Shown here piece after piece: positions 37,111 to 51,188 of a stretch of DNA of 64,000 nt (positions are counted from its first letter, which is position 1; each line of letters begins with the position of its first letter). The translations under genes and the position numbers were made by a program. The stretch is from Dendrobates tinctorius. Its lineage: Eukaryota. The DNA is taken from assembly GCF_039654945.1 (NCBI RefSeq), contig NW_027361829.1:59272001-59336000 (forward strand). Direction: 5' to 3'. The notes below the pieces were generated by a model. That model saw only the letters and a list, made by a program, of their open reading frames with translations. It was not told the origin of the DNA and ran no database searches.

Positions 37111-38415
37111 TGATACCACATGCAACACCTCTACCTGCTTTCATGCTCACCCACACACAGGTGGCACAAATACCAGTTCTGTAGACCACTATTGTCAGAA
37201 AAATCTAAGGATCGTAACACAAGTAGCTGACTCCAATTAAGTGGAGGCCTGACTGTCTCGGAGTCTACTGCTACAAGCAACACGCATGAAGGAGACCCAA
37301 CCAGGAGCCTACACATTTACAAAAATTAGTGGCAGACACCAACAAGTGGCATCAATTTCACCACAGTAGAAATAGCATAATAGAAACTGTCACCTCTTAC
37401 ACTACAGTCAACCCAGCAGATGGAGACTGTGCTTGACAAAGTAGTGGAACTGTTAACGGTCACACTAAAGGTGTGTGATCATCTTAATTGTCTGTGGCCA
37501 TAATTATACAGAAGAGAGATTTAGGTGCACATGGAGAAAAACTACTGGTGATTGAACAAACAGTCACAAGCAGAAAATGTGTCTATTGAATGGAAGGTAC
37601 ATCCTTTCATCACTTGTTACGCTAATTTTTAGTGAAACCCTCTAACTTCCCTCCCCTCATGAGGACTTTAATGTTGATTGGCTTTATGATTCTGTTCTTT
37701 TCTTAGGCATTACTTCATTCTTGATTAGCTCAGTGGACCACGCTATCAAGTCAAAGTCCACCTAAGTAATCTAAAACTTACTGACAGTTATGACTTCTAG
37801 CACGAATACATATAATCAATGTCATTGATTCATAATGTTCATTTAGGCAAGCATCCATTTTGTCTGTATGCACTCATTTTGGATATCTTCAATCAAAATA
37901 CATATCCTTAGCAGAACCACTATGCAGTATCCCTTGGAAAGCCTGGAGGGGTGCAACTAAGTGACCTACAAAATCCCAACTCAAATAAGTGGCAGCAGGT
38001 GAAAACTGCGACCCAAGGAGGAATAAGGGGGTAGCACCAGGTGCTACTCCAGGGTTGACCTACAGAGTGTAGCAGCTGACCCCTTACAGCGGGTAGGCTG
38101 CTACGGCCCGAATGAGGGATTAAGAATGCAGTCAGGCACTGTAAGGACACTGGAACCACATGTGCAAATGGGACCGGCTGAGGAACAGAAAAGCACTGGA
38201 ATGTGTGAGCTGGACCAGGTGACCACCAGATGGGGAATGGCAGGTGCGATCTGGACTGGCTGATGGACAGAAGAGCACAGACAGATACGAGAAGACGAGT
38301 ACAGGGTAGACTAACAATGAAGCTCATGCACCTCTATAATGAGAAGCCTTAAATGAAAGGTAGTGCCCAGCTATAGGCTGGGAAGACCTTAGGTTGGTGG
38401 AAGCGGTCCCTTTAA

Positions 38416-41400
38416 CCCCTTTCTGACATCCGACGTATAATTCCATCCATGTGACCTGGGCCTGTCTGACTATGCACGAAATAGTACGTCATTTCTTTAA
38501 TGCGACACTGAGACCAAACTCGCGGTGATCGCATTAACCCCTTAACTTCAATTGACGTAATATTCCGTCCATGTGACCATGGACCTAATTACCATGGACG
38601 GAATATTACGTCATCGCGATCAGCGGTGCCCACGTGGTGAGCGCCGCTGATCGCGGCCAAGTGTCAGCTAATTATCATAGCTGACACCCGGCACAATGTG
38701 TCAGGGGCGGTCACGGACCGCCCCCGACACGTTAACCCCTTGCACACCGCGATCAAACTCGATCGCGGTGTACCGGGGGTTAAAGGGAAGCATCGGCAGG
38801 GAGGGGGCTCCCTCCGTGCTTTCCTGAGCCCCCCACGGCAGCGCAATGTGCAGCGCTGCTGCCGGGGGCTCCTTTCCTGCAGGTCCCCGGATCGAATATG
38901 GCGACGGGGACCTCCGGGGGCCTGCAGGAAGCTGGCTTCCTCAGTGCCTGCAAAGCGCAGGCATGAGGAAGCCTGTGCAGTGCCTATGACAGATCGCTGA
39001 TCTGTCACAGTGATCTGTGATGTGACAGATCAGCGATCTGTCACAGGACAGTTATGTCCCCCCTGGGACATTGTAATAAAGTAAAAAAAAAAGTGTAAAA
39101 ATAATTTAAAAAAATCGCTAATTCAAAAAAAAAAAAAAAAATATTCCCCAATAAATTCATTTTTTGGAAATAATAAAAAAAAACAAAAAACAATAAAAGT
39201 ACACATATTTGGTATCGCGCATCCGTAACGACCCGCCCTATAAAACTGTCCAAATAGCTAACCCCTTAAGCGAACCCCTTAAAAAATAAAAATAAAAAAC
39301 GAAGCAAAAAAATAATGATTTATTATCACACCGCCGAACAAAAAGTGCAATAACGCGCGATCAAAAAGACGCATATAAATATCCATGGTACCGCTGAAAA
39401 CGTCATCTTGTCCCGCAAAAAACCAGCCATGATACAGCATCATCAGCGAAAAAATAAAAAAGTTATAGCTCGCAGAATAAAGTGATGCAAAAATAATTAT
39501 TTTTTATATAAAATTGTTTTCATTGCATAAAAGCACCAAAACATAAAAAACGACCTAAATGAGGTATTGCTGTAACCGTACTGACCCGAAGAATAAAACC
39601 GCCTTATAAATTTTACCACACCCGGAACGGCATAAACGCACCACCCAAAAGAAATTCATAAAACGCTGGTTTTTGTTCATTCTGCGTCCCAAAAAACGAA
39701 ATAAAAAGCGATCAAAAAATGTCACATGCCCGAACATGATACCAATAAAAGCGTCAACTCGTCCCGCAAAAAATAAGACCTCACATGACTCGGTGGGTCA
39801 AAATATGGAAAAATTATAGCTCTCAATATGTGGTGATGCAAAAACTATTTTTACAATAAAAAGCGTCTTTTAGCGTGCGACAGCTGCCAAACATAAAAAC
39901 CGCCATAAATAGTAAATCAAACCCCCCGTTATCACCCCCTTAGTTAGGGAAAAATAATAAAATTAAAAAAATGTATTTATTTCCATTTTCCCATTAGGGT
40001 TAGGGTTAGGGCTAGGGCTAGGGTTAGGGCTAGAATTGGGGGTTTCCACTATTTGCGCACATCAGGTGCTCTCCAAACGCAACATGGCGTCTGATCTCAA
40101 TTCCAGCCAATTCTGCATTGAAAAAGTCAAATGGTGCTCCTTCCCTTCCAAGCTCTGCCATGCACCCAAACAGTGTTTTACCCCCTCATATGGGGTATCA
40201 GATCAGCCTACTCAGGACAATTGGCAAAACAACTTTTGGGGTCCTATTTCTCCTGTTGCCCTTAGGAAAATAAAAATTTTGGGGCAAAAATATCATTTTT
40301 GTGGAAAAAAATTTTTTTGTTATTTTCACGCCTGGGCGTTATAAACTTCTGTGAAGCACTTGGGGGTTCAAAGTTCTCACCACACATCTAGATAAGTTCC
40401 TTGGGGGTCTAGTTTCCAAAATGGGGTCATTTGTGGGGGGTTTCCACTGTTTTGGTACATCAGGGGCTTTCCAAACGCGACATGGTGTCCGATCTCAATT
40501 CCAGCCCAAAAAGTCAAATGGCGCTGCTTGCCTTCCGAGCTCTGCCATGTGCCCAAATAGTCATTTACACCCACATATGGGGTATCAGCGTACTCAGGAC
40601 AAATTGCACAAAAACTTTTAGGGTCCTGTTACCCTTGGGAAAATAAAAATTGGGGGTGAAAAGATCATTTTGTGGAAAAAATATGATTTTTTAATTGTAC
40701 CGCTGTACATTATAAACTTCTGTGAAGCCCTTGTGGTTTCAAAGTTCTCACCACATATCTAGATAAGTTCCTTAGGGGGTCTAGTTTCAAAAATGGGGTC
40801 ACTTGTGGGGGGTTTCCACTGTTTAGGTACATCAGGGGCTCTCCAAACGCGACATGGCGTCCGATCAGAATTCCAGCCAATTTTGCATTGAAAAAGTCAA
40901 ACGGCGCTCCTTCCCTTCTGAGCTCTGCCATGCGCCGAAACAGTGGTTCCCCCCCACATATCAGGTGTCAGCGTGCTCAGGACAAATTGCACAATAATTT
41001 CTGCAGTCCAATTTCTCCTGTTACACTTGGTAAAATAAAAAAAATTGAACCTGAAGTAATTTTTTTTGTGAAAAAAAGTTAAATGTTAATTTTTTTTAAA
41101 TATTCAAAAAATTCCTGTGATGCACCTGAAGGGTTAATAAACTCCTTGAATGTGGTTTTAAGCACCTTAAGGGGTGCAGTTTTTAAAATGGTGTCACTTT
41201 TGGGTATTTTCTATCATATAGACCCCTCAAAGTGGCTTCAAATGTGATGTGGTCCGTAAAAATGAGAGATCGCTGGTCAACTTTTAACCCTTATATCTTA
41301 CTAACAAATAAAAATTTTGGTTCCAAAGTTGTGCTGATGTAAAGTAAACATGTGGCAAATGTTACTTATTAACTTTTTTGTGTGCCATATCTCTGTGATT

Positions 41401-41664
41401 TAAGGGCATAAAAATTCAAATTTGGAAAATTGCGGAATTTTCAAAATTTTCGCCAAATTTCCGTTTTTCTCACAAATAAACGCAAGTTATATGAATGAAA
41501 TTTTACCACTAACATGAAGTACAACATGTCACGAGAAAACAATGTCAGAATCACAAGGATCCATGGAAGCGTTTCAGAGTTATTACCTCATAAAGGGACA
41601 GTGGACAGAATTGTAAAAATTGGCCCGGTAGTTAACGTGCAAACCACCCTTGGTAGTGAAGGGG
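38416..41664 (+). mobile_element. TTAA element copy 2 (3.2 kb), with a second internal terminus at 38538
   Basis: TTAA at 38412-38415, 38534-38537 and 41665-41668. Only ~3 tandem units; short TTAGGG tract at 39995-40031. Confidence 0.88.
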
Positions 41665-43052
41665 TTAAACTTCCGGCGCCATCTTACCTGTGGGTAGATG
41701 GTTTTGGCATCCTGGGGGTGTCCCTGCCCACCCGGACTCATGAACACTGTGATAAGCTGTTCAATTCTGAACAGCCTATCGCAGCCTCTCTCATTGTTTC
41801 AGGCAATAAGATTGTATGAGAAAGTTGGGATATGTAGCTGGCAGATGAAGCAAAAGTTTGATCTTTCAGTGATTGTAGAGATGCTAAAAAGTTACAATCA
41901 CCAAAGTATCCATGTATAGGAAAAATCAGGTGTCTGAAACTTAGGTTGGATTAACATTTGTGGTTGGGTCCGCAGCTTTTATGCCACATTCATTCGCATG
42001 CATCTTGTTTTCCTATCTCTAACGTTGTGGATGCAGGTACATGCGTTCGTATGCTTTAGGCTGCATTTCACTACAAATGCGTTGTTTTGGGTTTTGCGGC
42101 TAACGCAACATGTTGCAATTTTGGAGGTGGCAATTTGCCGCCGCCAGACGCATGCAGCCGCTTGCGGAAGGAATGCGTCGAAACAATGCATTACAGTCTA
42201 TGAGAATGAATGTTTGCGCAAGCACACACGTTCGCTAGCATTTCCGTACGCATGTGTTTTTCCAGAGTAAATGTGTCTAGACACTGGTTAGCCAGCCCCC
42301 ATGCCTAGAAAGATAAAAAGAGGGTGTGGGCACACATTGTCCATTACTCTACAGACACTGGAGACTGCAAGACAAGAGAAGACATCTGTGAAGACACTGA
42401 ACTAAAGCCAAATGTGAGTATACAACCTAATATCTGTGTGTCTTTTGGAATTTTACTCTCTGCCGTCTGTAATATTCTGTCTCTTTCTTGCAGCATTCTT
42501 CAACATGCCCTCTTCAAGCCCTGAGCACACAGGACAGGATTCTAAAGTGTGTACCCTTGCAACTATGGTTGGTAAGTACCACTGAACATATGTGCCAAAA
42601 TCATCTTTTTTCTTTTATAGAACACTTCATCAAGTGGCCAGGATCTGGACCAACAGGAGCAGGAGCAACAGAGGGAGGCAGAGATATCGGTGGTCAGACG
42701 GCGTGTAAGTTTTTTTGGTATTTTTTTGGTGATTAGCTATTTTTTCTGTTTTTTTTTTTGTTTTCTGGGAGTGTTGCAACTTTTTCTGCCGTGGTTTTTT
42801 TCTTGGATTTTTGTTGTTTTTTCTGGGTTTTTTTGGTTTTTTTTCTTATGGGATTGTGGCTAATTTTTCTGCCGTGGTTTTTTTTTCTTGGATTTTGGCT
42901 GTATTTTAGTGGGGTTTTGTTATGGGATTGTGGCTAATTTTTCTACAGTGTTTTTTTTATTTTCTTGGAGTGTTGCTATTTTTTTTTTTTACTTTTGTTG
43001 GCCGATTTTCCTTGTTTTATCTTGACAACAGTAAAGTTTTATTCATTTCTAG

Positions 43053-44770
43053 GTTCCACAACAGGAGGAGGACTACATAGATAATGACCTCATCTCCCTC
43101 GTTCAGGAGAGAGTAGCCCTGTGGGACATCCGTCATCGTGACCACTCGGACATGGTGGTGCTTCGGCGTGAGTGGAATGAGGTGACCAAAAAGCTGATGG
43201 ATGACTGGGCCAACGATACACCAAGAGCCAGAAAGGACTTTCGTAAGTATTGCAATGTGGTCTGATGCGGCAGTGAACCTGTAAAGGCCGTGAGCACACA
43301 ACAGTGTGTGATGCGATAAACTCCTGCGAGTTTCTTGCATCACAAACAGTTGTGTGCTCACGGCATGAAGTGCATTGTTTAAAACATTTCTTTTATCCTT
43401 CACAGTGACCAAAGTCAAAACCCATTGGCGTTCAATGAAGGATCGCTTCAATAAGGATCTCAGACACAAGAACCAGGCTCGCAGAGGTAGTGGTGATGGT
43501 GTAGCAAGGCTCAGGAAGTACAAGTATCACCATATGCTGGCTTTCCTGAGGCCCGTCCTTGCTCAGATAACGTAAGTATTTTTGTGTTGGATTCAATTGT
43601 GTTGTGTTACCGAATATGATTTTTTCTATTCCTCAGGAGCTGGCGCTTGTAAAATTTATTGTTTTATGGTACTAATGTTTGGCTTTTCTTTTCACAGCAC
43701 ATGGAGCAGCACCCTGGAGCCTGGTTCGTCCTCAGGAGCGGTCCTTCAATGAACAGCCTCGGAGCAGTCCCAGGCATCCACCAGCGATGCAGCAAGTAGG
43801 CCTGCGTCACAAGCTGAAGAACAGGCAGCTGGCCCATCAGGTCTTCACCTGTCCCAGGCCTCCTCCGTCTCTTTTTTTTAATGTTGAGTCTTCCCGACAG
43901 CAGCAGAAGGCCTTGGACAGGACAGTCATGCCTGTGTTTCTACACTTGAGCTCGGTTTTCCAAGATGGCATGAAGTCAATGGTAGATAGACTGGAAAGTG
44001 TTAGGAGCCATTTTGACACACCTTTCCAGTCTGTCCATCAGCGACTTGACTGTCTGAAAACCGACATACAGAGGCCAGCACATCATTTTTTTCTGGCCAT
44101 TAAACGGGGCATGGCCGAAAACCTTACGCCTGAACTTCAGCTGAATGTGATGCAGGCCTGCAATACTGCATACGTTCAGGCTATACAGCAGACTCGTATG
44201 TACCCGCTGGCACCGGTTTTTCCCACTGTGCCACCAGTTACCTGTATGGCCACCACCGTGCCCAGGCCTGCTGCCATCCACTACAGTGCCTCCACCATGC
44301 CAAGTGCACTCAACCACCACGCCTACTCCTGCGCAGATTCCCACCGCCACCATCACCCGGATTCCTGATCCAGCAACACCGTCCACCGCCACAAGCACCG
44401 GGTCCTGCTTCCTCCACCACCACCACCACGCCTTCTTATCACATGAGTCAGAGGAGAAGAAGGACAAGCAGTCACCCAACACATGGGAGACAGAAGAAAA
44501 AGAGAAAGGAACCAATGTGGAAAAGGACAGTGGTGCTTCCTCCACCACCCTCATCTCCCAATGTTTCTGTTATGTCCAATTTGTCCCTCCCTTCTAATGT
44601 GTCTCCTCATCCCATATTTCCACTCCTAATGTGTCCACCTCCATCCTTGATCTCCCAGACCCCACACATCTTGTAGCTCCTTCACCCTGGCAACCCCTGC
44701 AGCGTCCACCCCCAGCCAGTCCTCCCATCTGCACACCCCCGTGGTCCGTAACATTTCCCCCTCAGTGTGT
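43053..44770 (+). pseudogene. Harbinger Myb/SANT-like (MADF) DNA-binding protein, spliced (exons 43053-43242, 43406-43571, 43698-~44770; probable short upstream exons 42350-42704)
   Basis: LISLVQERVALWD...W.EV...|LTKVKTHWRSMKDRF...YKYHHMLAFLRP..T|TWSS; canonical GT-AG junctions; premature TGA at ~43750. Confidence 0.85.
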
Positions 44771-45361
44771 AAAAAAAATTTTTTTTTTGTAAATAAACCT
44801 TTTTTTCTTTTCCCCATACCACTGTTTGTTTTTTTGTCTCTTTCGTCGCCGGCAACATACACTGTGCGCCGTCAACACACAAATCGCCTTATACACACAC
44901 TATTTTTTTTTCCACCTCATAGTTCCATAAAATACAATTTTTGTTTTATTTTTTGGATTTTTCTGTCATGTTAAATCTATGAGGTGTAAAAAAAACAGAG
45001 AGCTTATAATATTCACACCAAAAAAAAAAAAAGGTAAACAACAAAAATGGTCAGGGGTTTGCAATACTCAACTGTCCAGGTTTAAATACTTTTACAGTCA
45101 GGATGCTGTATTTTTCGGCATCCTGATTGCAGTAATTCTACACACGGGCTGGGGAGTAAATTTATGAGTTACATTTCCTCAATCATCTATTCAGTGTGCA
45201 TTTATATTTGGATATATAATGCAGACTGAAGAGATGATGGAGATCATGAGAACGAAACATATGACTGACACAGATAACAAGTTAAGTTTAAAGCATGGGA
45301 ACAAAAACAAAGGAAACAAGTGTTTTCAAAAAAATTATTTTATGTAACATCAAAACTATAA

Positions 45362-45738
45362 GGCTATGTGCCCACGTAGCGATTCTGAAGCAGAATAAAC
45401 CTGAGCAGAATCGCACACCCTGCTCCCAGGAAAACGCCTGTGTTTTTTGACGCGCTTTTGAAAGCGTTTGTAAAGCGTTTTTGCATGCGTTTTCCTAAGC
45501 GTTTTTGCCAATATAATTGATGGTATGCGGAATCGCACGCGATTCCGCAAAATTAATGAACATGCTGCGTTTTTAATCGCTAAGCTTTTCTGCAGTGGTT
45601 AAAAACACACCATTGGCACAACATGTGCGTTTTTCATTAAAAATCAATTGGATGCTTTTCTTAAGTGTTTCTGCAGCAGAATCGCTTGCCTAAAAGCGCT
45701 GCAGAAACGCTTAAAAAACGCTACATGGGCACACAGCC
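45362..45738. mobile_element. Harbinger MITE between the two convergent genes
   Basis: taa|ggctatgtgcccacgtagcg ... cgctacatgggcacacagcc|tta. Confidence 0.85.
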
Positions 45739-45790
45739 TTAAAGACAGGTAAACTTTGAAAAAAACATAACATTACATAAAAATTATACA

Positions 45791-47137
45791 TTAAACCATT
45801 GCATTTTGCCATGTCACACGTCCAACATCAGAAACAAAGTAGTCCTCGAATGCATCCCTCATTTCTGCAACTTCCCTTGTAGTCCTCAGAGGGTGATGCT
45901 GGTAATCTGGCAATGGGGTAGCAACTGGTTCGTCTAGTTCAAACGATGGTCGCTCTTTAGCCATTATGTAATTGTGGAGAACCACACAAGCCTTGAAGAA
46001 CTCATTCACTGTTTTAATTTTCAGATTAATTGCTGTACCTAGAATGCGCCATTTTGACACAAGAATACCAAAGGCACACTCAACAGTTCTGCGGGCCCTG
46101 GTCAGTCGGTAACTAAAAATCCTTTTTTTGTGGTTCAAGTCCCGACTGGAGTATGGCTTGAGTAGGTTTCCACACATCTGAAAAGCCTCATTCCCCAAAA
46201 ACAACAAATGACATTGGCGGTCGTGTTGTGAAGAGGTCGTGGGAGGGGGAAATGAAAAGTACTGGTACACAACCGTTGGCCCATGTCCGAGTTTTTAAAG
46301 GTTTGGGAGTAATTTCCACAGCCAAATGAACCGATGTCGACGGCAATGAAACTACAGTCTGCAGCTGCAATGGCCATCAGCACTATGGAGAAGTATTTTG
46401 TACAGTTAAAGTACTCGGATCCACTTTGAGCCGGTTTGGCTATCCTAATAGGTTTCCCATCCACTGCTCCCACACAGTTGGGGAAATTACAAACTTCCCA
46501 GAATTTTTCTGCATTTTCCAGCCAGATGACTGTGTTGGGTAGGGGGATAAATTCCTGACAAAGCACGTCCCACAAAGCCCGGAAAGTGTCTGCAACAATC
46601 CCAGAAAGTGTGGAAAGGCCTATCCGGAACGGGAAATGGAGCGATGATAGGCTCTCTCCAGTAGCCAGGAATCTGTCAAACAGAGAAAGCAAAATTTTTA
46701 AAGAATAATAATAACTACAAGGGTTTTTGAAAAAAAAAAAGGGACACTGCATACAATATGACAAGCGTGCGATTAGTTTTAAATATTACGTACCTTAGTG
46801 TCACCAACAGACGTTCCTCAGCTGGAATAGCTCTACGGAGGTGGGTGTCCTGTCTGCTGATTGCTCCCTCTACACGACCCAGCAATTCCTGGAAGCTCTG
46901 TTGAGACATCCTTGTGTATTCAAAATATTTGTCTGGGTTTTCACAAAGCTCACTGAATAAGGAGTGGTAGGCGCCAAGGCTCCCCCGGACTTCAAGAATG
47001 GGGTGTTGCCAAAAGTGCCAATGCCGTCTTCTGCTTCTTTCTCTTTCCCTTTCTTGGTCACAAGCAAAGGCAAAGGAAACAGCCAATTTGATATCCAAAT
47101 CCAGTTTAAATAAGAAACTCTACTTGGAAATATCCAT
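45791..47137 (-). pseudogene. Harbinger DDE transposase (HARBI1-like), exons 47137-46794 and 46672-45791
   Basis: EERLLVTLR|FLATGES across a 121-nt GT-AG intron; FPNCVGAVDG; GNEAF (catalytic D>N); RARRTVECAFGILVSKW; early TAG and a frameshift at ~46270. Confidence 0.92.
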
Positions 47138-47477
47138 CTTGATGCAGGATACAGCCTCAAAATCTGCTGTTTTCAGCTCTACAAGGGTTTATATAAGGAA
47201 ATGCCATGAGCTATGCCCATTGGGCATGGCTGGTGTCCCAGAATATCTCCTGGAAAAATGTTTCCAAATGGGAAGCATGCGCTTAAAATACACAAACGCA
47301 TACTAACGCATAAAAACGCCGAGGTTTTTGGACGTCTTGCGTAAGATAATGCAGAGAAAAGCGCTGTGTTATTACGCATTTGCATGTGTTTTTGTATGCA
47401 TTCATGAATGTGGACAATACTCAGCAGACTCAACCGCAAATGTGAACTTTACCTTAGAGAAAGTCATTATTCTTTAA

Positions 47478-48560
47478 CCCATTCATGACCTGAGGTATTT
47501 TCGTTTTTTTCTCCCCTTCCCAGAGCCATAACTTTTTTTATTTTACAGTTAAAATGGCCATGTGAGGGCTTGTTTTTTGTAGGACAAGTTGTACTTTTGA
47601 CAGACACCATTAGTTTTAACATATCTTGTACTGGAAAACAGAAAAAAAATTCCAAGTGCGGTGAAATTGCAAAAAAAGTGCAATACCACAGTTGTTTTGG
47701 GGGGTTTTGTTTTACCATGTTCACCAAGTGCTAAAACTGACCTGCTATTATGATTCTCCAGGTCATTATGAGGTCATAGATACCAAACATGTCTAAGTTG
47801 TTTATTTAAGTGGTGAAATAAAAAAATCCAAACTTTAATAAAAAAAAATGGCACCATTTTCCGAGACCTGTAGTACCTCCATTTTTTGCGATTTGGGGCT
47901 GGTTGAGGGCTTATTTTTTGCGCGCCGAGCTGACGTTTTTATACCATTTTAGTGTAGATACAATCTTTTGATCTCCTGTTATTACATTTTATTGCAATGT
48001 AGCGGCAGCCAAAAAAACGTAATTCTGGCGTTTTGAACTTTTTTCTCATCACGCCATTTACCTTTTTTTTTTTTACATTAATAGATCAGGCGATTCTGAG
48101 TACGGTGATACCAAATATGTGCATGTTTTTTATTATTATTTTATTTTGAATGGGGCAAAAGAGGGGCGATTTGAAATATTATAATATTTTCATTTTTTAA
48201 ATGTTTTTTAAAACTTTTTTTTACTTTTTGCATGCTTCAATAGCCTTTATGGGAGACTAGAAGCTGCAGTTGTCTGATCAGCTCTGCTATATACGGGCGA
48301 TGATCAGATCGCCTGTGTGTAGTAGAAAGGCTCATATGTTCTGAGCTCCGACCACCGGGCGGCGCTCTTAGCAATCTGGCTATGACAGCCATAGAGTTCT
48401 GCTGGAGATCTCTGGTTGTCATGTCAACCCATCAGTGACTAGCGATCACGTTCAAAACAGCTGACATGTGCCGGAAAAGATGTGGGCTCAGCATCAGAGC
48501 CCACGTCAAAGGGAGGGATTCCGAGGTGGGTGTATTATTACGCTCAATGCCGGAAAGGGG
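47478..48560. mobile_element. ~1.1-kb non-autonomous TTAA (piggyBac-like) element
   Basis: ttaa|cccattcatgacc ... ggaaagggg; a related fragment lies at ~61330-62190. Confidence 0.7.
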
Positions 48561-49784
48561 CTATTAAGATAAATAACATATTATTTGCAGATATAATGAA
48601 CTAAGAAATAAGCCAGAGGTACACATTATGTAATATGCAAGGGAACTACATTATTATCTGAAGCACTGGTTTAAAAGGAAGAATTAACTGGTGTAATAAG
48701 AGAGGGCCATCGTAAGGAAGCAAGCATATGCTGTACGATACACTCATGGTCCCTGTGGAAGCCCACCTAATTCTGTGAAATATATTTTTATATTTTGTTC
48801 ATAATATTTTAATATTTTCCATATAACTTCAAAGAATGTTTCATTTGTGAACAACTATACCAACTCAAGTTAGAATTACAGCTCACCATGGCAAAACTTA
48901 AATTGAGCACCTTCTCAAATCGGAATATTACTTGTTCATCAAGCCTTCTTTACTACTCTGTGGAAACAGCTTGGAAGCCCTTTGGCACTGGAGATGATAC
49001 GAAAGATCACTGCATAACATTTTAATAACACATTCTCCTCTGCAGTATAGTATTAGACATAATATCGTAGCGGCACATTGCACTGATGTTCCACATATGC
49101 TGGTCATTATCTTTATGTATCAGAAATATAATTTAATACGTGTCCCTAGAGATGGTTATGGTGGTATATATGCTGATCAGTTCTTGTCACTTCATCTCGC
49201 TTCCCAGGAGGTATACACTAAAAAAAAAATTAACAATGAAATACCGTAAAATTTATAGCATCTGATTAAATAAAATGTTACATTTCCAGATTTTCCCATG
49301 ATCAGAAGAGCAGTGCATCATGTGCCATATACTTCACATCTTCTCCTTCATTACTATTTAATTACATCATAATACTTCTCCTTTGGTTTTAATTAACCTT
49401 TGCAAGAGAAGTGACCTTGGGCACACATATACATTTCAAATTATATTAGGTTGACAGGAAGTATTTTATCTAATATGGGTGTATAATGAATACAAAAGTA
49501 ATTCAGAGTACTGAGCAGGGTGGTGTGAGATTCTTTAAGAAGTTATAATAAGACACATAAAAAGACAACATTTCAAATGTAATCCGGGAGTCAGGAAGCA
49601 ACACCTTTTCTCAGTTAATTACAGGAGTCTGTAGGAACAGGGGCAAATATACAGTTTAAATAATTATGGGGCTACTTATTCTGGGGCAGGTTACAATACA
49701 CCATGCATATCATTGTATTCCAGAATGTGGATTCTCTAAACTACAGTTTCATATGTGTGGGCTAAATTAGAGTGGAAACTCTAA

Positions 49785-50150
49785 GGGTACTGTCACACTT
49801 AGCGATGTACCAGCGATCCAGACCAGCGATATGACGCGGTCAGGATCGCTGGTACATCGCTAAGTGGTCGCTAGTGAGCTGCCACACAGGCAGATCTCAC
49901 TAGCGACATCGCTGGGGACGGGGGTCGCTACTTACCTGTCACACCAGGCGATCCTGCGTCCTCCCGCCCGGCTCCACGCGTCGCTCGTCGTCACAGCAGG
50001 AAGCGCCGCAGGAAGCTGACGAGAAACAGTCCAGGACGTTCTCGCGGGTCGTAGGTAAGTATCAGACACAGCGATATCGCTAGCAATATCGCTATAACGT
50101 CACAAGTTATAGCGATATTGCTAGCGATATCGCTTAGTGTGACATGCCCT
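49785..50150. mobile_element. Harbinger-type MITE, TAA TSD
   Basis: taa|gggtactgtcacacttagcgat ... atcgcttagtgtgacatgccct|taa; rich in agcgat/atcgct motifs. Confidence 0.8.
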
Positions 50151-50484
50151 TAAGGGACACTATGTTCCTCAACCTTTTGACACCACATAAAGTTGTGGAC
50201 TTTGCAACAGATAATCCCCAGATCATGGTCCACAAAATAAACTGATAAGTAGTGGAGGCATAGTAGAAGAAAACATATGGTCAGGAGCATGCAAAGTTTG
50301 TCAGCAGAGGCTTAAGACCTCAATACATACAGGTGCTTTTAATTTTGTGAGAATATCATGAAAAAGTTAATTTATTTCAGTTCTTAAATACAAAAAGTGA
50401 AACTCATTATATAGAGTCATTACAAACAGAGTGATCTATTTCAAGTGTTTATTTCTGTTAATGTTGATGATTATGGCTTATAGT

Positions 50485-50932
50485 TAGAGTTGAGCGAAAC
50501 AGGTCAGTCAGATTCAAAAGTCGCTGACTTTCGCCAAAGTCGGGTTTCATGAAACGAAACCCGACCACAGTGTGAAGTTGGCCATGAGGTCGGCGACCCA
50601 AGCGTCAAAGTCGGGTTTCGCCGAATGCTTGCACGTGACTTTTTTCAGCCAATGAGAGAAACGGAGCGTAGCTGAGTGGGAGTGGGAGAGAGAGGGAGAG
50701 ATAGAAGAGAGAAGAGAGAGAGAGATTTCGCCACCTCTAGGGTTAAAATTCATGCCAGGTGTGTTTACAGTCCTCCACTCACTGCCGACTTTTCTCCCCA
50801 TTGACTTGCATTGGGTTTTGTGTTTCACGACTTTTCCCTATAGTCGGCCGATTTCGTTCGACTCGACTTTTGAGAAAGTCAGGCTTCATGAAACCCCACT
50901 CGACTCTAAAAAAGGCAAAGTCGCTCACTCTA
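50485..50932. mobile_element. hAT MITE, 8-bp TSD
   Basis: cttatagt|tagagttgagcga ... tcgctcactcta|cttacagt. Confidence 0.85.
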
Positions 50933-51188
50933 CTTACAGTCAATGAAAACCCAAAAGTAATTATCAAAAAAAAATTAGAATAATTATCTAAAGTTACCTG
51001 CAAAATTTTCCTAAGCATTTAAAAAGGTCCCATAGTCTGTTTAAGTAGGCTCCACAATCATAGGGAAGACTGCTGACTTAACAGATGTCCAGAAGGCAGT
51101 TATTGAAACTCCACAATAAGGGTAAACCACAAAAGGCCATTGCTAAAGAAGCTGGCTGTTCACAGAGTGCTGAATCCAAGCATATTAA

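Larger units (their letters stand above)
41944..47453. mobile_element. Two-gene PIF/Harbinger transposon (5.5 kb), TTA TSD
   Basis: tta|ggttggattaacatttgtggttgggtccgc ... gcagactcaaccgcaaatgtgaactttacc|tta; convergent MADF and transposase genes. Confidence 0.9.

Noticed and set aside
37920-38410. Possible reverse-oriented LTR hosting TTAA copy 2 (continuing 41669-41755)
   Set aside because: Termini and TSD could not be identified.
44682-44882. GCADG peptide resembling the TPK1 CADGG exon
   Set aside because: Lies inside the Harbinger element; flanks do not match TPK1 and there are no splice sites.
48887-49009. Minus-strand AG...GTGAG exon-like segment
   Set aside because: Stops in all three frames and no TPK1 similarity.
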